Notes: generated by a model not told the origin, from the letters alone. 32,000 bases of DNA from Candidatus Heimdallarchaeota archaeon (GCA_030149205.1 JASBSB010000006.1:180001-212000), one strand, 5' to 3'; positions 16,099-25,870 are shown, counted from the first letter of the stretch. Translations and numbers: made by a program.

Positions 16099-17924
16099 CT
16101 AGAGGTTAATGGCTTTAAGATTATCCAACCTTTAAACGGGTATAGTATGAAGGCAATTAAAGCCACAATCACTCCAATGTAAAAGGAGATGGATTCTAAA
16201 ACCTGGAATATCTTTAATATAAATAACAATGCTCTTGTCGAGCTTAAAAACGCCAGAGGAAGAAAGTTATGCTGTTTCCCAATAAATTGATCCAATGATG
16301 AGATATCCCCATAGATTTTGACAACGATAAGCAAAAAAGCTGAGCTTATTAGCAGGAGAAATAACACAAGATCTTCTTTAATTCGTTCTATAACAATACT
16401 AATTGAGAAGAACTTTATACTTGCACCAAAGATAATATACAGCGGAATCGCAATAAGTATAACTGAAGTATAAATTTCTGACTGAATGAAGGTGAAAGTT
16501 AACAGATCAATAATAAATTGAAAGCTTGACCTTAATCCAAGATTTGGCAGGGAGATGGGAATCTGTTCCTGTATTGAAATATACAGTATGATAAATCGAT
16601 CTATAAGAAGACTAAACCAGCTTCCGATTAAGATAAAGGGGTACAGTCTTGAAAAAGCAGTGGTTACTCCACCCCAGAAGGATCTTTTCTTTGCACTCGA
16701 AGATTTTAGCGCTGATTTAAATCCACCTCGTAAAAACAATTGGACAAGGCTAAATATCGAAAATCCTTCAACAAACCCTAACATGGCAGCACTGAGCCCA
16801 ATAATAAATATGAAATCTAACTGTAAAATTCGGAGTGGACTAAGAAAATTAATTTGAAGTAAGGTTCCAATAATGAACATAATATTAGAAACTGAGTTAA
16901 ACGATAAGTCAGAAATACTATAATTTCTATTTCCTGTAAAAAATGTGACTGTTTGAGGGTCAAAAGCTGTTCTTTGTGTGGTGCTTAACAACAGAATTGA
17001 GTAAATGTCCCATGTTGTCCAAAGAAAGACAGGTAGTAGATAAAATAATGAAACAAAAGGTAGAACCAATAATAAGTTAGCACCTCCGAATTTTATGAAC
17101 CAACTAATTAAATTAGTGAAAAATGAAGTTATGTAAACAAAGACTATGATGAAAATCAATCCCACAATAATAACTACGACATTAGTTAGCAATAATAAGA
17201 AGATGTTATCCAGATTGAATTGAGTGGTTGTGAAGTAAAGCCAATTTCCATAGAAAACGAACAAGAACAAAAGTACTGATAATAGTTTGATTAGTTTAAC
17301 CCACAATGAAGATTGAAAAATAAATGGATTCGTGGGTTTTATCTCTTGAAAATTTTTCTTCGCATACCTGGTTAAAAGAATCAACGATAAAATAAATGGA
17401 AATAAGACTAACATTACGAATAAATTCAAGAAGAATAATGATCTAATTTCTGAGTACATATGCCGAAATCCCAGCAGGTAAGTTGGATCATTTGTGTTTC
17501 CCATCAGCCCTAATGCCCAAACCAAAGTTGTTGACCCCTGTAAGAAAAAGATGTTAACTAAAGCAACATCCAAGAGTATGAAAACTAACCCGACAAATAA
17601 TATCTGGAGTGTAAAAAGGATCAATGTTCGAACGCTAAAAAGTTTATTTGTCCCAAATTTGTTTCTTTGACCTATAAATATAACATTCCCAAATAACAGG
17701 TTAATTAAAATAAAAAGCAACACATCGAGGAACATCAGTAGAAGATGTAAAGGTGTTACTCCTAATACATTTGGGGGATCAAGTAAAGTTTGGTTTACAA
17801 GTAAACTGGAAAAATAGAATATTAATGTAGTTAAACTAACAATGCTAAGTGGTCCTAATGACCTCTTTAGTAACTTTCGCTTTTTATTAGGGACAGATCC
17901 TTCGCTTTCGCTCTTTTTGCTCAC
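16056..17924 (-). CDS. Polytopic membrane protein of unknown function
   Basis: 622 aa with roughly 12-15 hydrophobic segments and charged termini; no recognised transporter signature. Confidence 0.75.
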   Translation of the reverse strand: MSKKSESEGSVPNKKRKLLKRSLGPLSIVSLTTLIFYFSSLLVNQTLLDPPNVLGVTPLHLLLMFLDVLLFILINLLFGNVIFIGQRNKFGTNKLFSVRTLILFTLQILFVGLVFILLDVALVNIFFLQGSTTLVWALGLMGNTNDPTYLLGFRHMYSEIRSLFFLNLFVMLVLFPFILSLILLTRYAKKNFQEIKPTNPFIFQSSLWVKLIKLLSVLLFLFVFYGNWLYFTTTQFNLDNIFLLLLTNVVVIIVGLIFIIVFVYITSFFTNLISWFIKFGGANLLLVLPFVSLFYLLPVFLWTTWDIYSILLLSTTQRTAFDPQTVTFFTGNRNYSISDLSFNSVSNIMFIIGTLLQINFLSPLRILQLDFIFIIGLSAAMLGFVEGFSIFSLVQLFLRGGFKSALKSSSAKKRSFWGGVTTAFSRLYPFILIGSWFSLLIDRFIILYISIQEQIPISLPNLGLRSSFQFIIDLLTFTFIQSEIYTSVILIAIPLYIIFGASIKFFSISIVIERIKEDLVLFLLLISSAFLLIVVKIYGDISSLDQFIGKQHNFLPLAFLSSTRALLFILKIFQVLESISFYIGVIVALIAFILYPFKGWIILKPLTSSQEEETKSDNRESS

Positions 17925-18144
17925 TGATATATTATCAGCATTGAATAAATAAATTTAATGTATAGCAATTTGAAAATTCAACAGAAAATTCATTCACCAT
18001 TCAATACATTATTTGAAATTTTACAGGTAATTTGTGTGTGAGTTGATTTGGAAGATTGGAGGCATGAAAGTAAACAAAATTTAGACGTTACAGAGAGATA
18101 GAAAATACAACTATTTCTTTAGAAAGTTTTTTGTTTCTCGTATA

Positions 18145-20220
18145 ATGAGGAAGAATGAATTGCCCATAAGTTCTTTGGAGATTGATTATTATGTCAATGA
18201 GGTTTTCGATGAATTTATTATAAATAAGTTGCTAGAGGAACCAAATTTATCTCCAGGACTTCATAGTTTAATCCTTGGGGAGGATAAGTTTAACCTTTTT
18301 GTTTTGCTGCTGTTCCTCGAGTTAATCGAAAAAGGAGCAAGCCAGGAGAATATTAATTTTAATCATAATTTAGGTGAGATATTTGCCGAATTACATCAGT
18401 TTAAAAAAAGTAACAATCACCTTTTCGAAGAGAAAACTCCTGTAATACGGACTTTCATTGATAGATTAGAGTCAGATATTTATGATGACCCTCTCGGCAC
18501 TCACCTCCAAGATCAATTAAAAAAGGGTGTCAGAAAAAACAGAGCTGTAAATTTCACAAACCTTTGGGTAAGTCGAAACATTTTATCTTTTATAGACAAG
18601 GGAGATAATTTTCAAGATATAATAGACCCATTCGCTGGGGATGGAAGACTCCTTTCACAAATTGTCGGTGAAAAAGGACAGAAGAAAAGAAAGGTTTTCC
18701 TGTTTGAAATTGACCTGACATCAATTGTGATTGCAATTATCAATCTGATCCTCTACAATCAACTTCAGGAAAATATCAATTTTAAATGGGGTGATACCTT
18801 TCGAATCATAAACAATGAGGCTTTGGCTGACCTCATTATAACTAACCCTCCTTTTACCAGAAATGAAAATTTGAGCAAGGATGAAACAAGATGGCTTCGA
18901 GGGAGATTCAAAGAATATAACAATTACTTTGGTCCCCATATGGGGCTTCATATATTTAGCATGTTTCTGATTCATGAATTGTTAAAAGAAGGGGGCATTT
19001 GCTTAGCTATTCTACCTGCATCCACGCTTTACTCAGATTATGGGAGAGGATTAAGGAAATTTTTTATTGACAATTTCACAGATATGAAATTTTTTCAATC
19101 CTCTGAAAATATTTCATTCTCAGATGGTAGTGATTTAAAAGAAATAATTTTTGTTGGAAAGAAGGGGAATTCAAACTTAGGAAATACATACTTCAACACT
19201 ATTAATTGGAACCCTACACTCAAGAGAATTCAAGAAGAATCTTCATCTCTAGTATCTATAAATGAATTGAAAACATCATGGAATTGGATGAAGTTCTTTG
19301 AAATTGAAATCGTTGAATTAGTAAACAATTTAACATCAAATCTAAAATTAGAGACGATGGATGGAATAAAATTTACGATTAAACGTGGGATAGAGATGTA
19401 TGGCCCAGAATTCTTCTTCATTCCTAACAGGAATTGGTCAATCCTAACCTCTGAAAATAAGGATTCAACAAATAATTTAACTATAGAACATGATGGAGTG
19501 ACTGTTGAAATTGAATTGAAGCATGCGAAGTTATGTCTCAGAAAAACTCAATACTACAAAAAAAAGATAAGTGCAAAGGTTGAACATTTTGTACTTTCTT
19601 TCCCCTCCTCATATAAAGTCCCTAGATCGTACCTTACAAGTCAGAGAAAATATGCAACAAGCGCTCAAAAGAAATTCGGTTCAGACTGGTTCTCCCACAT
19701 TCAATCTCAGATTAGAAGAAAAGAACCGTTTTCACATATTTTCGTGTCAGATAAATCTCCTCTTTCCACAGCTGGAACCTTTATTCATTATTTTGAGAAC
19801 AAGTTAACGGCTTCCAAAAACTTCTATCTCATTGAAGGATCACAGAGAGTTTCAAAATTGCTTGCTGCTTGGATGTCAACCAGCTTTTTTTTCTTGATTT
19901 ACTTAAACTTCAGAAGAGAAATTGGTGGAACCTATGGAAGATTACAAATTAGTGATTATAAGCGAGAAAAGCTGTTCTTGTCAGAGAAAATTCTCTTAAA
20001 TTATGAACTTGAAATTTGTAAGATTTTTGATCATTATAGGAAATTGGATCTACCACCTTACAAAGAACAGTTTGGTTGGGATGAAAGAAGGAAGCTAGAT
20101 GAAGTATTTCTTCGTATAATTAGAACAGAATTTAATTATCAGATTGACCTCGAATCTCTTTATTCATTAATCAACAAACGTTTGAATGAGTTACTTATTA
20201 GTGATAATTCACGAAAATAG
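18145..20220 (+). CDS. Amino (probably N6-adenine) DNA methyltransferase, gamma class / Eco57I-like, with C-terminal target-recognition region
   Basis: Motif I IIDPFAGDG, FLFEID, GDTF and catalytic IITNPPF in gamma order; RGIEMYGPEFFFI in the TRD region; no nuclease domain is evident. Confidence 0.85.
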   Translation: MRKNELPISSLEIDYYVNEVFDEFIINKLLEEPNLSPGLHSLILGEDKFNLFVLLLFLELIEKGASQENINFNHNLGEIFAELHQFKKSNNHLFEEKTPVIRTFIDRLESDIYDDPLGTHLQDQLKKGVRKNRAVNFTNLWVSRNILSFIDKGDNFQDIIDPFAGDGRLLSQIVGEKGQKKRKVFLFEIDLTSIVIAIINLILYNQLQENINFKWGDTFRIINNEALADLIITNPPFTRNENLSKDETRWLRGRFKEYNNYFGPHMGLHIFSMFLIHELLKEGGICLAILPASTLYSDYGRGLRKFFIDNFTDMKFFQSSENISFSDGSDLKEIIFVGKKGNSNLGNTYFNTINWNPTLKRIQEESSSLVSINELKTSWNWMKFFEIEIVELVNNLTSNLKLETMDGIKFTIKRGIEMYGPEFFFIPNRNWSILTSENKDSTNNLTIEHDGVTVEIELKHAKLCLRKTQYYKKKISAKVEHFVLSFPSSYKVPRSYLTSQRKYATSAQKKFGSDWFSHIQSQIRRKEPFSHIFVSDKSPLSTAGTFIHYFENKLTASKNFYLIEGSQRVSKLLAAWMSTSFFFLIYLNFRREIGGTYGRLQISDYKREKLFLSEKILLNYELEICKIFDHYRKLDLPPYKEQFGWDERRKLDEVFLRIIRTEFNYQIDLESLYSLINKRLNELLISDNSRK

Positions 20221-20278
20221 TATATATTGAGAAAGGCAAAGAAATATTCAAGAAAAGTACCCTTCAATCAGAAATTAC

Positions 20279-22135
20279 GTGAAAAATGTATTAGTTGTCG
20301 GGGAAAAGACAAGTCAAGTAAAGAAATTTGCTGAAACTCTCTGTGGGTCATACAAACCAACAAAATTGGCGAAATATATTTATTCATATCAAGGTATTTG
20401 GTATAAATCAAGTAAAGAAATTTTTAATATCACCTTTTTTCCATTATCTGGACACATAACCTACCTAGACACACCTAAAGGATTTGGTTGGAACGAATGT
20501 AAACCAATTGAGGTAATCCAAAACCTTAATTCTTTAAAAGTATATAACAAGAGACCTTATGTTAGCCTTTTAAACAAAACGTTAGATGGAAATGAAGAAC
20601 TCTGGCTTGCTACAGACCCAGATGCAGAAGGAGATAACATAGCCTATGAGGTTATGGGGATACTCAAAAAAAACCTCACAAAAAACAAAATCACTGTTCG
20701 AAGAATATGGAATTCAAGCCTAACAAATAAAGACATTCAAGCGTCCTTTGCCAACCCAAGGGAATGGGTTGAAAACCTCGCTTTAGCAATCCAAGTTCGC
20801 AGAATTATAGACGCACTTCTCGGTTTTGCTGGCACAAGGGAACTGACCCAAGCTGCTCGTAGAAGGGCAAATGTGAAAGTTATCTCAATTGGCAGGGTAC
20901 AACTTCCCACACTAAACCTCATAGTTCAGAGAGATTTTGAACATGAAACCTTTAAATCTAAACAACTTTGGGGTCTTGCTGCTATTGTTCTGGATGGAGC
21001 TAATAGTGTGAAATTTACACATATTCTTGGAAACATCCATGAGAGGGAGAAGATTGTCGATATTCAGAGTAAGCTTGCTGAGGTTTCTACAGGGGTGATA
21101 ACATCAGTTACTAAAAATGAAAAGAAAGTTAAACCTCCTGAGCCAATGAACACAAACTCTGCTCTTGTTCTATTGAGTAAGGTTTTGAAAAAGACTGCAA
21201 AACAAGCAATGGAGATTATTGAGAGATTGTATGAACTAGAATTAATTTCTTACCCAAGAACTGAGAACACTAAGTTTTCTGAAGAGTTTCCACATCATGA
21301 AATACTGAATAATCTATCAAATATACAAATTTTACAACAGAAGGTCACTCAGATCAAAAATCCAATTGTAAGAAATAATGGAAGAAAAAGGGACAAGGAG
21401 GATCATGATCCAATTCATCCAACTGGGAGCCTGAAAAATATTATCAAATTAAATGATATGGAGCTTGGAGCTTGGAAAATAATCACCTTCTACTATCTCT
21501 CTTTATTTTTTCCAGATTCCTCAAGTCTCAACTATGCATTAGTTCTTGATATACAAGGGGAAAAATTTACAGCAAATTTCCGAAAAGTTTTGGCACTTGG
21601 GTGGCGTGAACTTCATTTCTGGAGTTCTGTTAAAGCTGGAATTGAAGTTTCATTTCAGGAGAAGGAAGAGGTGAGAATAAAAGAAATCATTGTAACCGAA
21701 ACCAAAACTGAACCCCCAAAACGATTAACCGATGGTCAATTGTTGTTAAAGATGGAGAAGCAAAACATAGGTACTAAATCTTCAAGAGCAGAAATTATCA
21801 ATTTATTGGTTCAACGGGGATACGTAAAAAGGGAGAAGAGTCAAATCAAATCAGAATTACTGGGAAGAGCATTAATCGTTTCTCTCACATCCATCTGGGA
21901 TGAAATTTTAAGTGGTGGATTCACCTCTGTTGTTGAGGAGCAAGCTAATGAAATTATAGCTCAAAATTCAAGTTTCAACGAGATATTAGCAAAGTTACGG
22001 CAAAAATGTGTAGAAAATCACATGAAACTCATAAATAGAATAGATTTTTTTGTAGAAAGTTTTTCATTAGCAAAGTATCCTGAAGTTAATGAAGATAAAC
22101 TTTGGAAACTTTTAGCTAGAGCCAGCGGGAGATAA
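20279..22135 (+). CDS. topA: Type IA DNA topoisomerase (TopoIII/archaeal TopA-like), no C-terminal Zn ribbons
   Basis: TOPRIM motifs VVGEK and LATDPDAEGDNIA, GRVQLPTL, catalytic Tyr in LISYPRTE, IGTKSSRAEII. Confidence 0.92.
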   Translation: MKNVLVVGEKTSQVKKFAETLCGSYKPTKLAKYIYSYQGIWYKSSKEIFNITFFPLSGHITYLDTPKGFGWNECKPIEVIQNLNSLKVYNKRPYVSLLNKTLDGNEELWLATDPDAEGDNIAYEVMGILKKNLTKNKITVRRIWNSSLTNKDIQASFANPREWVENLALAIQVRRIIDALLGFAGTRELTQAARRRANVKVISIGRVQLPTLNLIVQRDFEHETFKSKQLWGLAAIVLDGANSVKFTHILGNIHEREKIVDIQSKLAEVSTGVITSVTKNEKKVKPPEPMNTNSALVLLSKVLKKTAKQAMEIIERLYELELISYPRTENTKFSEEFPHHEILNNLSNIQILQQKVTQIKNPIVRNNGRKRDKEDHDPIHPTGSLKNIIKLNDMELGAWKIITFYYLSLFFPDSSSLNYALVLDIQGEKFTANFRKVLALGWRELHFWSSVKAGIEVSFQEKEEVRIKEIIVTETKTEPPKRLTDGQLLLKMEKQNIGTKSSRAEIINLLVQRGYVKREKSQIKSELLGRALIVSLTSIWDEILSGGFTSVVEEQANEIIAQNSSFNEILAKLRQKCVENHMKLINRIDFFVESFSLAKYPEVNEDKLWKLLARASGR

Positions 22136-23488
22136 AATCTCCCTGTTCTTAAAATGTAGCGGATCTCTTGTCTTAATATACACATATTCTATTAGAATTA
22201 TTATTAGAAAAGTAATGACTATAAAAATCAAAGTAGCTACCTGGTGTCTACCTAAATAAACAAAAAAGAGAATTAATGTTATTCCAGTTAAAATTGAACC
22301 TAGAAGTGGAATGATTCTTTTCTGTGGAATTTGCTTCTGATGGAACAATATCACATTGGCAACCCCAAATATTAAGATAAAAGAAACAGATGCAAAACTT
22401 ACGACCTGATCTAAAGTGCCTAATATTGTTAGAATGATGGTTATCGCTGAAATCACAATTAGAGCATTTTTAGGAACATTCTTATCTGTTCTTTGGTTAA
22501 AAAATTTGGGAAGAAATTTCTGTTCAGCTATTTTATCAGCAAGCCTTGACGTCGAGAACAAGGTTGCATTTATAGCAGAAGCAGTTGAGAAAAGAGCTGC
22601 AATAACAATTAGGATGAATGCTATCTCATCTACCAAAGTATTCGGAAACAGCTTTTGGGCAGCGAACCCAAGGATTGTCTCCTTATACTTATTTATCTCA
22701 GTCAAAGTAACTAAGCTACTTGTAACAATTGTCACAAAGATATAAACCACAGTTGCAATAATTACGGTCCCATAAACCCCCTTTGCAAGGTTAACTCGTG
22801 GATTCTCGATCTCCGAGTATTCATAGCTTAATAATTCAAAACCTTCAAATGAAACAAAGATAGCTGCGATAGCAACTATGAATGTAAATATTCCAAATTC
22901 TCCTGTGTTAATAGCCGTCTCAAAGTTTGCAAAACCCTTTAAGGTATAATTTGCAGAACCAAGAATGGCTATTAAGCCTACAATCCCAAATAAAGCCAAT
23001 ACGGAAATTTTAAAATAAACTAATACGTCTTCTGTTGAACCTGAAGTGTGTGCTCCTTTTAGGTTCACCCAAAGAAATATCAATACAACCACTGAAGAAA
23101 GTAACGGTCTGCCCCAAAATGAGAGAGTTATTCCAGTGGATTGCGTTAACACGTCAACTGCAAACGAACCAAAAGCAAAAGCATACATTGCCATGGTTCC
23201 AATATAGGCAATTAACAACATTGCAGCGGAAATCCCAGTTGCAAAATTGTTTTTATAAAAATACTCTATGAAAGTAAACGTCCCCCCTCCTTTATTTAGA
23301 TGAAGAGTTAATTTTGTGTAAGAATATGCTGATAAAAGGGCAATTATCCCTGCGATAAAATATGAGAGGTAAGCGACATCTCCTGCAATCCCAATAGCTA
23401 CACCTAGGGCTGCGAAGATCCCTCCACCTATAGTACCACCAAGACCCATTGCTAGAATTTCTCTTAGCCCTAGTTTGTCTTTTTCCAT
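22112..23488 (-). CDS. APC superfamily amino acid permease
   Basis: TM1 motif GGTIGGGIF, SFEGFE in TM6, about 12 TM segments; 458 aa. Confidence 0.92.
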   Translation of the reverse strand: MEKDKLGLREILAMGLGGTIGGGIFAALGVAIGIAGDVAYLSYFIAGIIALLSAYSYTKLTLHLNKGGGTFTFIEYFYKNNFATGISAAMLLIAYIGTMAMYAFAFGSFAVDVLTQSTGITLSFWGRPLLSSVVVLIFLWVNLKGAHTSGSTEDVLVYFKISVLALFGIVGLIAILGSANYTLKGFANFETAINTGEFGIFTFIVAIAAIFVSFEGFELLSYEYSEIENPRVNLAKGVYGTVIIATVVYIFVTIVTSSLVTLTEINKYKETILGFAAQKLFPNTLVDEIAFILIVIAALFSTASAINATLFSTSRLADKIAEQKFLPKFFNQRTDKNVPKNALIVISAITIILTILGTLDQVVSFASVSFILIFGVANVILFHQKQIPQKRIIPLLGSILTGITLILFFVYLGRHQVATLIFIVITFLIIILIEYVYIKTRDPLHFKNREILSPAGSS

Positions 23489-23607
23489 AAGTTATCTTAT
23501 AAAATTTACTAATAAATTGTTTGATACTACAAAATTAGAAATTGACCTCTATCCTAGTATTTTTACAGACTCTTCAATTATTTTCAATAATTATTTTTTA
23601 TATTTAA

Positions 23608-25197
23608 ATGAAACAATTTTCGAAAATCAATCGAGTTGTTCATATAAGAGTACTTATAAAGAAAAGAATAGTGTCCGATGAGAGTATTGTCTCTAAATTA
23701 ATTTTCGCTGGTTTAGACGCTGCGGGTAAAACTACAATTTACAAAGCCACCATGCTTGAGATGCCAGCGAAAGATTTGGAGAAATCAAAACCAACCCGGG
23801 GAATAGACCGTCATGTCTCAGATTTTATGGACTATGATTTCAGTGTATGGGATTTAGGAGGTCAGAAAACCTACCGAGAGACGTATTTATCTAGACCGGA
23901 GGTCTTCAATTCAACAAAGGCTTTGATTTTCATCGTGGATATTCAAGACACAGATCGTTTTGAAGAGGCTTACGCTTATTATGTTGACATTATGAATATC
24001 CTTGTTAACGTTGATCCGATTCCAAAAGTCTATGTCTTCTTTCATAAGTTTGATCCAGATAAAGCAAGCAGGTTAAGAGCACATTTTTTCAAGGCAACAA
24101 AGCTATTTAGACAGGCAGATACTATTACAGGCACCAAATTCACAGGATTTGCCACTTCAATTTATTCTAACAGCATACAAAAAGCGGTAAAGCGGGTACT
24201 TTGGGAAAACCTCGAGGGCTTCCAACCATCATTAGAATTTAAGAGACCAGAGAGTCAGGAGCAAGAAAACAAGGTTCCTGTGATTTCTAAGGGATCAACT
24301 AAGAAACCAGGTTTATCAAAATCCCAAATTCCCAAAGCACCAATAGTCCAACCAGTCCAAAAGGCTAAGGATGATCCTGAGGAGAAACCGCAACTGGCAA
24401 CCTCATCAATACCGAAATCAAGTATGCCTGCAACTCAAACATCAGAGGGGACACAAGTATCAAGAGACAGTTCTGTCCTTGAACCATTGGAATCTAAAAG
24501 TTCACAAGCGGCAGAAACAAAAGCAATTCAAAGCGAAACTAAAACTCCATTAAAAGAAACATTCAGTGAAATTAAATCCCCTCCTGAAGAGACCACCTCA
24601 CAGGTTACAAAAGAGGTTTCAGCAGAAGATGAAGTCATTTCACACAAGACATCGTTTGAAGAGGGAAAAACATATGAGGCAATTCCAAACCTTTCAGACC
24701 TTTCAACTCATATAGTTGATAAACTCTCGAACGTAATTAATAAGCGAATGCATGAGAGTCCAGAAATTCTGGCACTGGCTATTGTTGGAACTGACGGAAA
24801 AGTTCCCCTGGCCGTAACTAAGAATGAACTCGAAAAACAGAAGATTGATATTTTACAAAATGTGGTTAAGGAGTTAAACCCCAAACAATTTTTCTCGGAC
24901 ATTGGTGATATTGAGTATAGGGGACTTGGACATCTGACTATAGGAGATTTTGACATCTACTTCGCCAAGCTTTCTCCCGAGTATGCAATTGCAATCTTAG
25001 CGAATGATGTATCAACACCGATGTTAGAAAATTCACAGAGAATTGTTAAAACTATAAGACAGGGACTGGGTATGGTTGAGAATGATGAACCAGTTGAAGA
25101 TGAACCTAAAACAAAGGATGAAAAAGCTGATTTGATTGGAGACCTTCGAAACAGACTCAAGAGAATTGGTTCCTTGAACAGTATGAATGATAAATGA
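23608..25197 (+). CDS. Small GTPase (Arf/Rag-like) + low-complexity linker + roadblock/LAMTOR-like domain (start possibly GTG 23671)
   Basis: G1 GLDAAGKT, G2 PTRG, G3 WDLGGQ, G4 HKFD, G5 TSIY; S/T/E/K/P-rich linker at aa ~204-363; roadblock pattern at aa ~364-488 (EILALAIVGTDGKVPL...DFDIYFAKLSPEYAIAILA). Confidence 0.88.
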   Translation: MKQFSKINRVVHIRVLIKKRIVSDESIVSKLIFAGLDAAGKTTIYKATMLEMPAKDLEKSKPTRGIDRHVSDFMDYDFSVWDLGGQKTYRETYLSRPEVFNSTKALIFIVDIQDTDRFEEAYAYYVDIMNILVNVDPIPKVYVFFHKFDPDKASRLRAHFFKATKLFRQADTITGTKFTGFATSIYSNSIQKAVKRVLWENLEGFQPSLEFKRPESQEQENKVPVISKGSTKKPGLSKSQIPKAPIVQPVQKAKDDPEEKPQLATSSIPKSSMPATQTSEGTQVSRDSSVLEPLESKSSQAAETKAIQSETKTPLKETFSEIKSPPEETTSQVTKEVSAEDEVISHKTSFEEGKTYEAIPNLSDLSTHIVDKLSNVINKRMHESPEILALAIVGTDGKVPLAVTKNELEKQKIDILQNVVKELNPKQFFSDIGDIEYRGLGHLTIGDFDIYFAKLSPEYAIAILANDVSTPMLENSQRIVKTIRQGLGMVENDEPVEDEPKTKDEKADLIGDLRNRLKRIGSLNSMNDK

Positions 25198-25246
25198 AAC
25201 TGAGTAGTACACAGATAGCAAAATAAAATTTAACCTAGATTTAATT

Positions 25247-25795
25247 TTACTCAAATGGGGGTAAACCTAACTGAGATTGCCAATTTTTTAGGAGAAATCT
25301 AAGGTGATTGAGTAACCAAACTTCCTCTTCCAAAAGGTTTGGATTTTGTTTATTTTCATTGGCATTAACTATTGCTTCCTGCAATATTTTTTTCATCCTG
25401 TTTCTCATAATCTTATTAAACGAGCCTTCAATACTAGTTAACTTCCTAATTGCCATTTTGTTATTCTCTGAACTCAGCCTTTTGATTTCTGCACGGGTTC
25501 GTTTGATAAACAGGCTGGAAGGAAGCCTGGCTAACTTTTTTTCACGTCCCTCTTCATGAGCATATTGAGCCATGGTTCTATAGTTTATTTCTTCATCACT
25601 ATCAAACTCAACTAGGTCTCTCTCAAGAAGTATCTCAGCAATCCAATATGGAACCTTAGCACTTTGCCCCTCAGGGATATGGACAGAGATGTTATCGATA
25701 TCAAAGGTTTCAAATTTTTTAATGCAGATTACCTGAACTGGTTCTTCCCCGAAATCAAAGTCTATACGGTTAAGTTCTTCAACAAAATCTATCAA
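25247..25795 (-). CDS. gins23: GINS complex subunit, Gins23 (Psf2/Psf3-like, B-A domain order)
   Basis: N-terminal beta domain with KVPYWIAEILLERDLV followed by a helical domain; directly downstream of mcm, a known archaeal arrangement. Confidence 0.85.
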   Translation of the reverse strand: MIDFVEELNRIDFDFGEEPVQVICIKKFETFDIDNISVHIPEGQSAKVPYWIAEILLERDLVEFDSDEEINYRTMAQYAHEEGREKKLARLPSSLFIKRTRAEIKRLSSENNKMAIRKLTSIEGSFNKIMRNRMKKILQEAIVNANENKQNPNLLEEEVWLLNHLRFLLKNWQSQLGLPPFE

Positions 25796-25870
25796 TAGCT
25801 AACAATTTGAACTCATTTAAAGAACTCTTCGAAATCATTTGAGGGATTTAGAACATGATTTATCTAAAAT

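Noticed and set aside
17868-17895. PNKKRKL in the membrane protein resembles the SV40 nuclear localisation signal
   Set aside because: It is explained by the positive-inside rule just before the first TM helix; a short basic motif is expected by chance.
18058-18147. GGAGG-ATG at 18064 in frame with the methyltransferase but interrupted by TAG at 18082 (amber readthrough?)
   Set aside because: SD spacing is only 1 nt. TAG is a genuine stop in this genome: proS ends at its conserved terminal Tyr with TAG TAG, and the permease and MTase also end in TAG. No pyl genes are present.
22127-22143. GGGAGAT-AAA-ATCTCCC hairpin spanning the topA stop codon
   Set aside because: It is a 7-bp stem inside overlapping coding sequence with no U-tract and cannot be distinguished from chance.
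25793-25816. In-frame ATG-AGT-TCA-AAT-TGT-TAG upstream of the GINS TTG start
   Set aside because: Same reasoning as above; the 182-aa product is already a normal length for Gins23.
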